A stretch of 61,427 bases of DNA, filler included, from Choristocarpus tenellus KU-1152 (lineage: Eukaryota; Protista; Phaeophyceae): the NCBI GenBank assembly GCA_964200185.2. It is 12 parts of 12 records of this genome, joined end to end, with 100 filler letters (N's around TTAATTAATTAA, not from the genome) between each part and the next. Parts side by side here need not be neighbours in the genome. Positions count along the whole stretch, not along the records: positions 1 to 6,273 come from CAXNAD020008511.1; positions 6,374 to 14,282 come from CAXNAD020005409.1; 10 more parts are not named here. The stretch is one strand, 5' to 3'. Both the position numbers and the translations under genes were made by a program. Shown piece after piece: positions 1 through 11,580 of this stretch. Within the stretch, counting starts at the first letter, position 1. Every line of letters starts with the position of its first letter. Below the pieces are notes generated by a model. It saw only the letters and a list, made by a program, of their open reading frames with translations. It did not search any database and was not told the DNA's origin.

Positions 1-695
1 GGTTGGTTCTCCCGTCCCCATTGAAACCCCGCGAAAGCCCCCCCCCCCCCCCCCCCCAAACACACACACCATTAACACCACTGATGTACTAAAAACACAA
101 GGAAATCAGCCCCTCTGTCGCCCCAACAAATCTCAACCTACCCTACCTACTACCAAACCTACTCAACATCACCACCCGACTTGCCCTTACCTTGCCAACC
201 TACCTACACTCCATCCTACCACCCACCTCACTCGCCCAGAAGCTCCTTACAGCTTGCCCATCCACAATCCCTTCATACCACTGATCACCCCAGATCCAAA
301 CCACTCCACCACAACTGCTCTCACCCACCCACCCCCTTATCACATGCCCACACTGACAACCCACTACCACACCCATACCATCTCCCCATCTTCATCAACA
401 CCATTTTCCCTCCAAATACCCGACCATAACCACTCCCACGCATACCACCCTCCACACACACCCACCTAAGCTCGATTCCAGTGCACTACCTTGCCTTAGC
501 CACTCTAACAACCCTGGCTTCCTTGCTGTACCACCCCATCATTTGCTCCACCACTGGGGAACTCAACACTCCCATGGCCACCATCAGGTCCAAACACCCA
601 CCAACTCCACCACTACCTTTCGACAAGCTACTCTGTGCCTGGAACCACAACCCTCCACAACCCTCCACCACCCCCCTTGCCACCCTTGATCCAAC

Positions 696-1280
696 ACACA
701 GCGTTGCTGATACCTACGAGCACACCATCGGGGAAGCTGCGCTGATTTCGTTCGTGTACGGAGAGGACACGAACATCACTGCCTACAACTCCAGCACCTT
801 GGTCTTGACCCAAAACACAACACTGCCGATCCCTACGAGCACACCATCGGGGAGGCTGCACTTATTTCGTTCGTATACGCCGACGACATGGACATCACTG
901 CCTACAACTCCATCCCCTTGGCCTTGGCCCACGACACAGCATTGCTGATCCCTACGAGCACACCATCGTGGAGGCTGCACTCATTTCATTCGTTTATGCA
1001 GACTACATGGAAACCACTGCCTACAACTCCATCCCCTTGGCCTTGTCCCACAACACATCGTTGTTGATGATCCCTACGAGCACGTCATCGGGGAGGCTGC
1101 GCTTATCTCGTTAGTGTAAGCCGACGACATCGACATCACTGCCTACAACTTCAGCCTCTTGCCCTTCGCCCACGACACAGCGTTGCTGAACCCTGCGAAC
1201 ACATCAGCCAGTAGGTTGCGATTATTTCGTTCGTGTACGCAGACGACATAGACATACATCACTGGTGGCACTCCAACCCC
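696..1280. repeat. Degenerate ~119-bp tandem repeat, about 5 units
   Basis: Units start near 696, 815, 934, 1053 and 1175 (acacagcgttgctgatccctacgagcacaccatcggggaggctgc...catcactgcctacaactcc). Confidence 0.9.
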
Positions 1281-3289
1281 CAAAAACAACTACCTGACAC
1301 TCTCAACAAGAACTCACGACAATCACACTTTGAAAACCTGTCGACTGTGACTTCTTTCCCTCACATAAAAAAATTGACTCTTACGCTAGTGTCTTTTTAG
1401 AACTGTTTTATGAGACCATTTTCCTTGCAACTCTTGGAGATTTCTTTTAATTTGATGGAGTGAACTACATACTTTTTCCTTTATCCTTCTGTAGTTGTTT
1501 TCACTTTTGGATCGGCTTCTCTTTCATTCATCATTTCTCTCATATTTTACTTGTAGCCATATGCCATACTCTTTCATAAGTGTTCCAGTTCTTTTAGTTG
1601 GAGGAGGGTATTAAACCACAGGCTATTCATTCAATTTGTTCTTGATCAACTATCTTCACAACACCATAATAGCTATGAACCATAACAACAGTCGTCACCC
1701 ATCACTCACACCAAAATATGTGTTGGTTGAGTTACATCGCACATTCATTCAAGTTTGTTGTGATGTTTCTTTGTTTTTTGTTTTTCCCTGCTTCTACTTA
1801 ACATTACAAGACTCTAGTTGAATGTCAATTGTAGATTCTTAATTGGCATTGTCAATTAAGTGTATCTAGTGCAGAGCTATATGCCATATATTCAGAGTTA
1901 AAACATCTACAGGAACCCTTGCCGCCAAGGTAACAAGTATCTTAGAGCATACATTTCCTTTAAGTGTACCAACGAAGAACATCGAATACACACCCATCTT
2001 CTGACTGAGCATGCTGTGACCTCAGTTGCAACAGAATAAATTCACCGGTGCTTTACAGCACTATGACACCCCTTCATCACAAACCTGGCATCGCACACGA
2101 ATGCACACTTCATTCAATTCAGGTTTCAGTATAGTAGTGATGTACTCGGGGGATTTTGTGGATTGTGGGAGGTGCAACATGGTAGTGCTAAGGACCTGCA
2201 GGAGAAAGTGTGCAAAATAGGACAATAGTGAAGTGTACCTTATTTTGTGTATATGATATTATTGTGTGGAATTGAGTCAATGTAACTAATGAGATAGTAC
2301 ATCCGGTTTATGTATGGGATTATGTATTGGCATTTATTTTGCATTCAAATACTTTGACATAACCGTTGACTTAGGTAGGAAGCACAAATAAAAATAAACA
2401 ATGAGAAGACATCCCACAAAGGTCGCTCTTCTCATTTCACCATGTAATCACGTTCAGCAACGGGGAACCGTGTGAGGCTCCACACCTCTTACCTTCACTA
2501 CTGACAAATAGCATTACCTTCCAAGGTGAATTTGCACGTAAAGTACCTGATGATATTTCCATGCAAGGCTGCAATAGGACAGATGAGTGGCTGATTTCAA
2601 TGACCCAACACTAACATTGATGGTAAGTACTGTTTTCTGGTGATTTGCATGTAGTGCCGTACTAGGGAGATTTTGTTGATTGTAGGGAAAGCGACATGGT
2701 ATTGCCAAGGACCTACAGGAGAAAGGACCTGAGAATGTTTTCACAGGGAATGCAATAGAACGGTGTAGGTCAACGATTTCTAGAACCAACACAGACCCAA
2801 CATCAACATCGATGTTAGGGTCTATTAGAAGTAGCATTGTTCGCGAGTGCTAGTAAGAGTTTTTATCTTGTCTTGGAGAAGAATCTTCTGGCTGTGTATA
2901 GAGTCTGCACAGTAAGGGAAAGTTTCCGTGGATAGTGCTACTGGTACACTATAGACGCCACCAGTGGAGTAGAAAATGGGATGTAGAGCCAGTGATAGAT
3001 ATACCATATGTATTGACTCACTAGTGTCCACTGATGTGTGTTCTTTTCTAGATTCGCTTTTTGCACTGAAGATAAGTTAACCAACTAGTTCATAGTGTGG
3101 ACAATTACAAACCCCACACTATGGGAACAGTAATGGATGCCACTAGTTGTGAACCACATGAACTCAGTCAATGGAATTGAGACCACAAGCCCCTTGTAAC
3201 ACTAACATTACATATATTCACTCCAAGCTACATATTGTCCTCTACCAAGGCACACAGTTGGTCATCTTAACACGGGTCCAGTGTGGAAT

Positions 3290-3645
3290 ACTGTAACATC
3301 AGAGGGGATCGTGCTGGGGATCTTGGGAATTGAGTTCGATTCCAACACATGCCAGCGAAGAACAGGATTTGACGAAGGAGGTCGCTACTACACACACCCC
3401 AGGGTAATGGGATCGTGAAAAGACCCATCAAGCAAATGATCGAGGCTGCAAGGAGCCAACTGTGGAAAGGGGGACTGGGTGACGTGTACTGGTTCTTTGC
3501 CGTAACAGATGTGCTATTCAAATCTGGAGGGATGCCGCACGAGTACCTGGGTGGGGAGACACCTTGTGAGCGATTCACAGGAAAGACATTCATCTACGAC
3601 AAGCCGAGAGTCTGGGGGAACTGGAATTATTTGGGGAAACCATGA
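3290..3645 (+). mobile_element. Ty1/Copia integrase relic
   Basis: Translates with stops as IRGDRAGDLG..HTPQGNGIVKRPIKQMIEAARSQL..YWFFAV..ETPCERFTGK..RVWG. This matches the Copia rve core (TPQxNGxAER, WxxAV, TPxExxxG, RVWG). Confidence 0.8.
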
Positions 3646-4414
3646 CTCTGTCTGTGGGCGGCTCCACTCACTGTCCACAAATTAATGTGTTCTTCAGAGT
3701 CAAGAATTATTCCAATCGGGCTACACAACGAAGTCCTTAATATCAGCAATCTGCGCAACGTACAACAATGACCTCCTCATTGTGGAGACGTTTTTCTCTA
3801 TCGTGATAGAGATTTCTAGAAAGCTTGTAAGTGTTCTTCTGGTTATTCCTTATAGAAGCAATAGGTGCTAAACCAAGCCACACCGTCTATAATAATATTA
3901 CTCTTCTCTTTCAACCATATGATGACATTTAGCAAAAGAGAATTGTGTGAGGCTCCCACCCCTTCTCTTTTCTTCTGTACTCACACAAATAACAGTCTAA
4001 ATCTGCATAATCAGGTTCATAAAACACGTTTCAATATAGGTTGCTTCCTCTACATATATTTGTCATCCATGCTAACGACCGACTACCACCAACATCGCTA
4101 CTTTTTATAAATGGTACATTTCTTGCTGTCTGCTCTTGCTCGCTCGCTTCATCCATGCAGGTGTAACGCATCATCCCTAACCAATATCAATCTGGTCCGT
4201 TGGGACAAACAAAAGGCATTGCAACTAAGTGAGTTGTTGCTGAACAAACCGATGCAAGCAGAGAGAGTAACTAAGTTCTCAGGGTCACATTATCATGAGA
4301 TACAACGCACAGGTACATTGAAAAAATCAGTGTGTCTGGGTTCATCGTGAAGTCCACCCGATAATTTGTTTCATGATAATTATTTGGTGAAGTTTTTAAT
4401 ATGAGAGAGGTACA

Positions 4415-4644
4415 TAGTCAAAGTGAACAAGAGGTGCCTAGGTTTGCATTTTAAAGGATGCGGGCAAATACGTGGGAAAGAAACTACCAGGAAGGATATC
4501 TTCTTAATTGTGTCGAAAACTTCAAAATATTAAAGAAATCAACTCACTCAAGTCATCCTCGGCACTAGATCCATAGAAGCATGGGTAGATTGCAATAGAT
4601 TGAATAACGATCAGAAACTGGGTACCCCTCGTTTACTTTGGCTC
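4415..4644. mobile_element. MITE family C copy
   Basis: Termini TAGTCAAAGTGAACAAGAGGTGCC ... GGTACCCCTCGTTTACTTTGGCTC. Internal sequence is shared with copies at 20659, 21687, 33609, 43895, 44514, 45246 and 46866. Confidence 0.75.
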
Positions 4645-4785
4645 TGAGTACAAATCGACAAAAACGAGGAGCTTAGATGTGGGCAAAATGAATGGAGTGG
4701 ATATTGGAGAACAAATTCTGGGGGATAGACATGGATGGGACACACACACACAAGAAAGTACTATTACTACTGCAATTATCAGTAC

Positions 4786-4828
4786 CAGCAGCAGCAGCAG
4801 CGGCAGCAGCAGCGGCAGCAGCAACAGC
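4786..4828. repeat. (CAG)n microsatellite
   Basis: cagcagcagcagcagcggcagcagc...; it produces the spurious poly-A, poly-L and poly-S ORFs. Confidence 0.85.
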
Positions 4829-5582
4829 TGTGTTCGTAGTAGTAGCAGTAACACATTCAGGTAGCAAGGTACTACTACTACTGCCATTAATATATCCTTA
4901 GAACAAAAAATCCTGCCTTGAAGGTCAAGAGGAAAGCTGCGTTTGAGGCTTTACAGACCTTTCTCCCCGTTCTCCTCTTTTTCAAGGAAGCCCTCAACCG
5001 ATCTCCTTTGCCCGAGTTTCATCTCCGTACCTTTGTTCGCTTAACCACCCACAAATGTGACAGTGTGACGTTGTAGTTTGTACCTTAGGGAGGGCCGAAA
5101 GAGGGTGGACAAGCAACATTTTTGGAATACGTATAATGAAGTAGACCGTTACAATCTTTCTAAACCAACACGACTGCATTACTGTGCGTAAGGATGTGTT
5201 GAGTACAACTACATCAACGAAAAGGTCCTATATAACTCCCCCTCCTCTATTTCACACTATAGTGAAGAACACAGCAATAATGATAGCAAAAATATCAAAG
5301 TGCCTGTCATCAAGGAACATCTGGGAGACCTTGGGAAATCGGTATATTTGTCCTCTTATCAAAAAGTTGGAGATAGACTGGGCCGCCTGGGTTCTAACAT
5401 TAGCATTCGTCCTTTCACAGCCAATGGAGTCTTGTGATGTCACCTTCATATTCCAAGTGAACCCTTCACCTCTCCACCAAACTACACATTATTTCCTTGT
5501 ACTTCGAAGTATATATTTTCCAACCTCGCCCTCTTCCAAGCCTTGCTCACGAGCAAGTACACTGGTGTTGCAGTTGCGTTTA

Positions 5583-5706
5583 GACTCAAAGTATCTGGGG
5601 GGGTGGTGACTGTCCAGTTGGGGCCAATTTTTTCATGTCGCGATTTTTGGGTGATTTGGTTGCATACNNNNNNNNNNCCCCTCCCCCCCCCCAGATACTT
5701 TAGATC
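5583..5706. mobile_element. MITE family B (G-run TIR) copy with TTTA target duplication
   Basis: ttta|GACTCAAAGTATCTGGGGGGG ... CCCCCCAGATACTTTAGATC|ttta. Confidence 0.85.
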
Positions 5707-6205
5707 TTTATGGAATCATTGCTTAGGCGTCTTTACCATTCCGCTACCTCTTGTCTTGTGATCCAAGACAAATAGATGGTGCCCTACATACATGCTATTC
5801 CCAATAGTGGTCAGTTCGTCATCTGTGTGTCATTGAGACTTTGATGCTGCTATGCAGGAGCACTCTCCCGCAACTACTATCATATATTGAACCAATCGAA
5901 CACATATTTACGAAGAAAAAATATAACTTATGGGGAGCACCTACAACACAGTTCAACCAGTGCCTTCCTCTATAATGATCTCTTTGTTCAAGAAACTTGA
6001 CACCCTAGGAAATAAATTATATCTTTTCCCCTGTCAGAGATCTAGGAAGGAATGTCTCCTAAGGCGTACAGAGCAATTTTTGTCGTAGTGACTGGTGTCA
6101 TGCTTGTGTTGTGTGCGATGGTACGAGCATATGCTACACAGTGCGACAGTTTTGAGTATGTTTGTGTATTGTTCAGCACAAGACAAATAGTGAGTCAAAC
6201 CAACT

Positions 6206-6273
6206 GGGTCAAAGTATCTGGGGGGGGGTGCCGGCGTCCGTTTTTCACCCTTTTTTCGATTTTCATTTTTTTG
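6206..6273. mobile_element. MITE family B, truncated by contig end, nested in a family D terminus
   Basis: GGGTCAAAGTATCTGGGGGGGGG is preceded directly by GAGTCAAACCAACT (6192-6205), the family D left end. Confidence 0.7.
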
Positions 6274-6373
6274 NNNNNNNNNNNNNNNNNNNNNNNNNNN
6301 NNNNNNNNNNNNNNNNNTTAATTAATTAANNNNNNNNNNNNNNNNNNNNNNNNNNNNNNNNNNNNNNNNNNNN
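6274..6373. other. Artificial contig-joining linker (first of 11)
   Basis: 44 N + TTAATTAATTAA (stop in all six frames) + 44 N. Identical linkers at 14283-14382, 17439-17538, 21833-21932, 25275-25374, 31845-31944, 34884-34983, 41619-41718, 46699-46798, 50947-51046 and 57196-57295. Confidence 0.98.
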
Positions 6374-6490
6374 GCTTGACCCAAAAATGACTGGGATAAA
6401 GTGTCGATATGTTTTTGTCATAAAAACATATCGACACTTTATCCCAGTCATTTTTGGGTCAAGCCCATCCTCAATTTTTGAAATCGACTG
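6374..6490. mobile_element. Palindromic (fold-back) MITE family E, partial
   Basis: gcttgacccaaaaatgactgggataaagtgtcgatat...atatcgacactttatcccagtcatttttgggtcaagc...aaatcgactg. Confidence 0.8.
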
Positions 6491-8017
6491 TTAGATGATA
6501 CCAATATGTATGATATTTTCTCCAGTACATTAGGATACTTGTACAACGGAAGTCCACATGTTCCGGCGCTTGGAGTTAACTATTGAGGGTAGGGACCTTC
6601 ATGGTTTTGTCTTGGACTATCTTGTGTTGAACTTGATTAGTTTGGTCAGCAGTCACCACCCACTGTAGGTGGTGAAAGTAGCCTGTACAACATGTAATCT
6701 GAGTATGGAAGCTTAGATTTTGACAGACCTATTCTCTATAGTCAATCAAGTGTTGAGGTGTCTTGTTATTAGGCATGCTTCCAGTGAATACGACAGCAGT
6801 AATTACATCTGCAATTGCTATTCCTGCTTGTATGCCTCTCCAAATCAAAAAAGTCAAACCACTTGAATACATTGCATTTTGCTTTGGACTGGGTAATACC
6901 CCCTGAACTCTACCTGTAAGGTGAGATCTTAACAAAATCACATCATGAAACTGTTAAGGTTCATTGTTCAAGAGATGAGAATAAAATGTTACATAATGCG
7001 ATGAGTGAAGACATTGTGACAGGAGGAGTGTACTGTAGTTTGGTAACAGTGGCATGTACAGTAGTAGAGGTGCATCACTTACCACACCCAGTCGGGAACA
7101 GGAGAGCTGAAAAATATTATTGTAATATTGCAATTGTTGCAAAAATGAGCACTGAGGAAATTCTTCTACTGCGAGCCACAGCTTCAGATTGAAGCTTGTC
7201 AATGGGTACACTCAGACTGTCCGGTTTTCCTCACGATGTGGAGTTGACCGAGGGAGAAAGTTCTTGAGACCAAGAACATCAATTCCATTGCAGTTTGTTC
7301 ATTGCTTTCAAAAACGGCTCTCAAAGGAGACTTCAAACATCTGCTCGGATACAAACCGTCCCTCCTCCGTAGCCAGCCGACTGTGACTCCATATTCCTGC
7401 CTTGGGTATTGTCTTCCGAGTGTGCTATTACCCGCGTTGTTGGATGTCACCCTGAATCTATGTAGCTTTACACTCCTCTAAAGCCTAATGTTAATACGTT
7501 TTGTATTCCTACTCTTTGTTACTGGGAGTGACAGTACAATTTATAGGTGCGCTTCATGGCAGTAAGCGCCCACTTCCTTGATCTTTACCTAATCTACGGT
7601 ATTTGCACCGCGCACAGTGAGGAATCACACAACACAACACGTGGGCGGTCAAATCGCACTCATCCACGTATCCACTCATTCAGTGGTGTGAAACAAAGAT
7701 TGTCTTTAAGGTCTAGTACGTTGCATCAGCGAATACGTTGTAATGACTGGTCCAGAAAGAGACTCCTACCACTTACAATAGATACTAATGGTACATACAA
7801 CACATGAGGGTATGTAATATTTTTCGTGGACAGGCTACGTTCGCCCTTGCCAGTATAAAACAAGAGATAAGCTTTCATATAACCACCAAAGTCTTTATGA
7901 CATGGAATTCAGAATATACAAATGCAAGTAACGATGACAGCGTTGTCCTCACGCATCCCAGCCATCGAAACAGCTCCCTTAGGGCGGCGACGGAATTGAA
8001 CCTAACCTTCACTAGGG

Positions 8018-8448
8018 TTATCCCTGTGCAGAAACCACCGATGAATAAAATGTGGGTATTTTATCGATGGCTTGGCCGTCCACAAGTGTTGGGAGTTCAC
8101 TCTGGTGGGGTTGGGGACACAGGATTGGGACGAAAACGGGATAAATAAACCATTTTTTCCTCGTCTACTTGTACCTAATGGTGCCTTGTCCAGAGAGTCC
8201 AGTAAATGAAGAATTACGAAAGTAATTCGCAGCTGGAAATATGTCTTCAACGTCTAGCTCACCTCCTTGAAAAGCACCTTTATTCGCAGAGTACAGCTCG
8301 GGCAAAGGGCAATGTCCTCGCCGTCGTGCAGGTCTTCCAGGGTGATCTCGAACATGTCGCCACAGGGACACTCGTAGAAATACGTTTGTATCTGTCCATT
8401 ATAATCCATATCAGTCAGCAAAACCTCCTCGTAGACGGTGGCAGTCAT
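8018..8448 (-). CDS. DPH3: Diphthamide biosynthesis protein 3 (CSL zinc finger), 2 exons
   Basis: Exons 8448-8263 (MTATVYEEVLLTDMDY..YFYECPCGDMFEITLEDLHDGEDIALCPSCTLRIKVLFKE) and 8101-8018 (SELPTLVDG..AQG*). Phase-0 intron GTGAGC..CCACCAG. CPCG and CPSC zinc ligands present. Confidence 0.93.
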
Positions 8449-8648
8449 AGCTGGTTGTCAATCAGATGACAGTGAACAGTGGTAGTGGACGCTTCAAAAA
8501 CATCACACACGACACATCTCACACAAACATCGAACTCCTCCGATTTGAATAGGTCATTCCGATATTACGATGCAGTTAGTAGTTCAAAGGAAAGACCTCT
8601 CAAACGTTCAGAGTACTTGAACAACTTTACCACCCCTTCGCTGGGGAA
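8449..8648. promoter_or_regulatory. Putative bidirectional promoter, DPH3/NDUFAF3
   Basis: Only 200 nt separate the two divergent ATGs, in a CpG-rich context. No specific motif identified. Confidence 0.6.
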
Positions 8649-10236
8649 ATGTCGATCGCTCCAACTAGGGTATCGATACCAATATTGGGTGCTATTGCTC
8701 GTGCAAGAACTGCGTCGGCTTCTGCAGGTTTGCGATCGGGAAATGGCTGTCTTCGAAAACGAAGAACAGCACCGCTACGTGGAGACTGTCTTAGGTGAGG
8801 ATGATATATGTAGGTTCGTTCGACTGGACAAGGTGATGTGAATTAAGATGAACTGGTGGAATATTGATTTTCCCGTGGTACAGGATCTCCTGCAGGTCGC
8901 TGAGCTCGCGCGACACAGGGGTGGACCACGCAATTCCTGGACCAAAAACTATGGACCCAGGAAACACACCCCTAGGAAAGGGCTTCGACCTTCTCGGGGA
9001 GGACCCAGAAGCGCGACCCAAATGTATTATCACAGGATATGATCCCTGGGGATTCAAAGTTGGAGATATCGATGCACGATCCTCCATTGTAGTATTCCCA
9101 AACTCGTTTGTCCTGTGGAAACCCCGATGCTTCGAGGAGATTACGGTGGAGAGCCTCAAGCTTATCACCCTCATCAAGCCCCCAATAGGTCAGTCATCCC
9201 ATCGGATTAGTGCAATACAGTGATCAAGCCGGTTCTAGGCAGTGTTGGTCTGTGATCATCTGTAGAACATGAACGCACCGATTTATACTTTTACACATCC
9301 CTACCTAACCACTTCATCTCGATGTGGCATATAAGAGAAAGGTAGATATTTAAAGTGGCATGTTGCCCATAATCCAGGCAGGGACATCCATTGTTTCATG
9401 TCTTTCGGATACAACAAAGATATCCACGGCAAACCTGCAGGGAAGCGCCATCCAAGCACCGTTACTGTCTCTTAGATATCACCTCCCTTTCACCCTGTTG
9501 TCTGTCACTTCATTTACATGCTAACGGTAGCCTTACATCTCCTGGGGTATCTCCTTTTTCCTTCCCATCCACTTTAGACATTCTGTTAGTGGGCTTGGGT
9601 GAGACAATGTCGCAGAGACTGGACCAGAAAATCTTCAAGGCAATGTCTGCACACGGAATAACGTTGGATTTCATGAGCACGGTAAGTGAAAGAAGCATGC
9701 TTCTTTGTAGATCTTTGCCGGTGGTAGGCAACAGTAGGGTGAACTTCCAGCAATTGATGTTTTGAGCAGAATGGAACTTGAGGCATTGTGTTAGGCATGT
9801 GCAAGTACTAGTGATGGTCACATGATGTTTACGTTATGACATGAGTCCAACTGAGTGTCTCGCTCACAGACGGTAAGTGTGTCCCCGTGAGAAATTGGAG
9901 TAAATGCTTTTCCTTTCTAATAATATTATTGTGGTGAACTTTAACACAAACTGTAGCCTTAATCCAGCCCCATTGTGTTGGCTGCAGTACCCTTCAGTTC
10001 TACAATGTAAGCACTTCCCTGTGTTTTAGTGAGTTACAGATTCATCAATCTCCAAGTTGTGCTGAATCAATGTCCTTTCCTTCTGTGTGGCTGATTTTGT
10101 TTAGAATATTCCCATTCCCCTGGTTGTGCAGCCTAATGCCTGCTCAACATTCAATGTGCTCAATGGGGAGGATCGGCGTGTGGCGGCAGCAATGCTGACC
10201 TTGTCAAGTGAAGATGAGCCAGAGTTCACCGAGTAA
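8649..10236 (+). CDS. NDUFAF3: Complex I assembly factor NDUFAF3 (Mth938 domain), 4 exons
   Basis: Exons 8649-8794, 8884-9188, 9578-9681 and 10132-10236, all GT-AG and phase-compatible. Arg/Ser/Ala-rich mitochondrial-type leader, then ITGYDPWGFKV..SIVVFPNSFVLWKP..IKPPIDILLVGLG..MSTPNACSTFNVLNGEDRRVAAAML. Confidence 0.92.
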
Positions 10237-11284
10237 GGGTGATCACCATTCCATTCAGATGGTGCCTGACGCCTAATATTTGCTAGAGCCTGCACATCTA
10301 CACTGCTGGAGGAGGAACAAAAGTGTTTATTTTTTCTGTTTTCTTTTATCCCTTGTCGTGATATCTGGGCTTCATTTTATTTTAGGTAGTGTGGTCAGGT
10401 TACCAGAGTCAAAGTTTGTGTTTATGGGCAAGGTATGTTAATGGTATTGTGTGTTTCTTTTATAGTCACTGTGGCGCACCATTCTAATTTGCATTTGATG
10501 ACTCTCCTTTTGTTTTGTCAAGAAATCCCTGCTCAACTTGAGGGCATCAGCATGTTGCGATGTGTTCCACTCTATTCCTCCACCCAAAGAGGTGAATAGG
10601 AAGTGCTTTTGTTTGACATTTGAGGCAGTCCTGTTCTCACAGAAACAATTTAAAAGTGGTGTGCAAAAACAGCGGTATTAAGTTAGAAAACACACAAGCT
10701 ATGAAAAGGTGGCAGGACGGGCATAAATGTCAAAATCAAGAAAAGGTCCTTGATCTGCAAGCAGAGGTGTAGGGAGGAGGTGGGTGAACAATAACAGGGT
10801 AGTGGGCATGGGGGTATTGGTGGGAACGGGGTAGGAATGACTATGTATAATTCTACTTTGTCTCTAGTACATAGCAGAGTGCTTTGTGGGGATATGGTTG
10901 CAACTTACTGCAATGTCCCTTGACCATTTTAATAGGTGATTTTCCTATTTGTGGTGGATTGCTCACCTGCAACTCAATCTTCCCTTGGAAATCATGTCTG
11001 TAGTAATTTCCAACTTTTGGGGAAAATCGTTGCTCTACTCCATTTTGGAGCCCTACTTACATCATACATCATTTTGAATCAACCCGACAAACCAAATCAG
11101 CCAGTAGGGGTAAGGGGTAAGGATATGCTTTTGTGGAGTCCTTGAAAAAATGCATGGTACCCAGGATACTATATTACACAAGGAACCACAGTATGGAACA
11201 AGCTTTATTTAGTATTATTGCTAGTATTTATGACCAATACTAGAAAGTTAGCACTGGGATAAACAGTCAAATGAATTCAAAGGT

Positions 11285-11580
11285 TTGCAGATGGAGATGT
11301 ATTGTGACAGGTAATGAGAAGGTGCTCGAACACTGACAGTCAACATTATATGTAATAATTCAAGTATTTTATATCATTTAACTGACACAAGTGGCTTGCT
11401 GTACTGTAGTGTAATAAATGAACACAAAAGTAGTAAGGAGGGGCATTGCAATCATTTAAATTTTTCATCACCCCCTGAGCATAGTTGCAATAGATTTGTT
11501 CCTGAACATAACCCTGCCCCCATCTGCCTCTATCATCCTCAGACCTGCCTAACTTGTACCTCTTCAAAAATTGTGCCAAG
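11285..11580 (+). mobile_element. Possible highly decayed Tc1/mariner transposase relic
   Basis: WRCIVTGNEK (cf. IVTGDEKW) and HLPLSSSDLPNLYLFKN (cf. HPPYSPDLAPSDYHLF) occur in the right order, with many stops between them. Confidence 0.3.

Noticed and set aside
181-948. Pro/His/Thr-rich ORFs
   Set aside because: Products of a C/A-skewed low-complexity tract and the tandem repeat.
696-1280. CRISPR-like array
   Set aside because: Whole units are homologous, with no unique spacers and no cas genes; the context is eukaryotic.
4633-4901. Poly-Ala, poly-Leu and poly-Ser ORFs
   Set aside because: Caused by the CAG microsatellite; no splice or domain support.
6318-6329. Regularly recurring TTAATTAATTAA palindrome and ORFs ending ..XXX-LIN
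   Set aside because: Synthetic linker embedded in N runs.
7930-8030. Possible SECIS or tRNA-like hairpin downstream of DPH3
   Set aside because: No in-frame UGA in DPH3 and no convincing SECIS core or cloverleaf.
8479-8841. 120-aa plus-strand ORF as the NDUFAF3 start
   Set aside because: Wrong frame. The ATG at 8649 with a phase-2 intron joins the Mth938 exon correctly.
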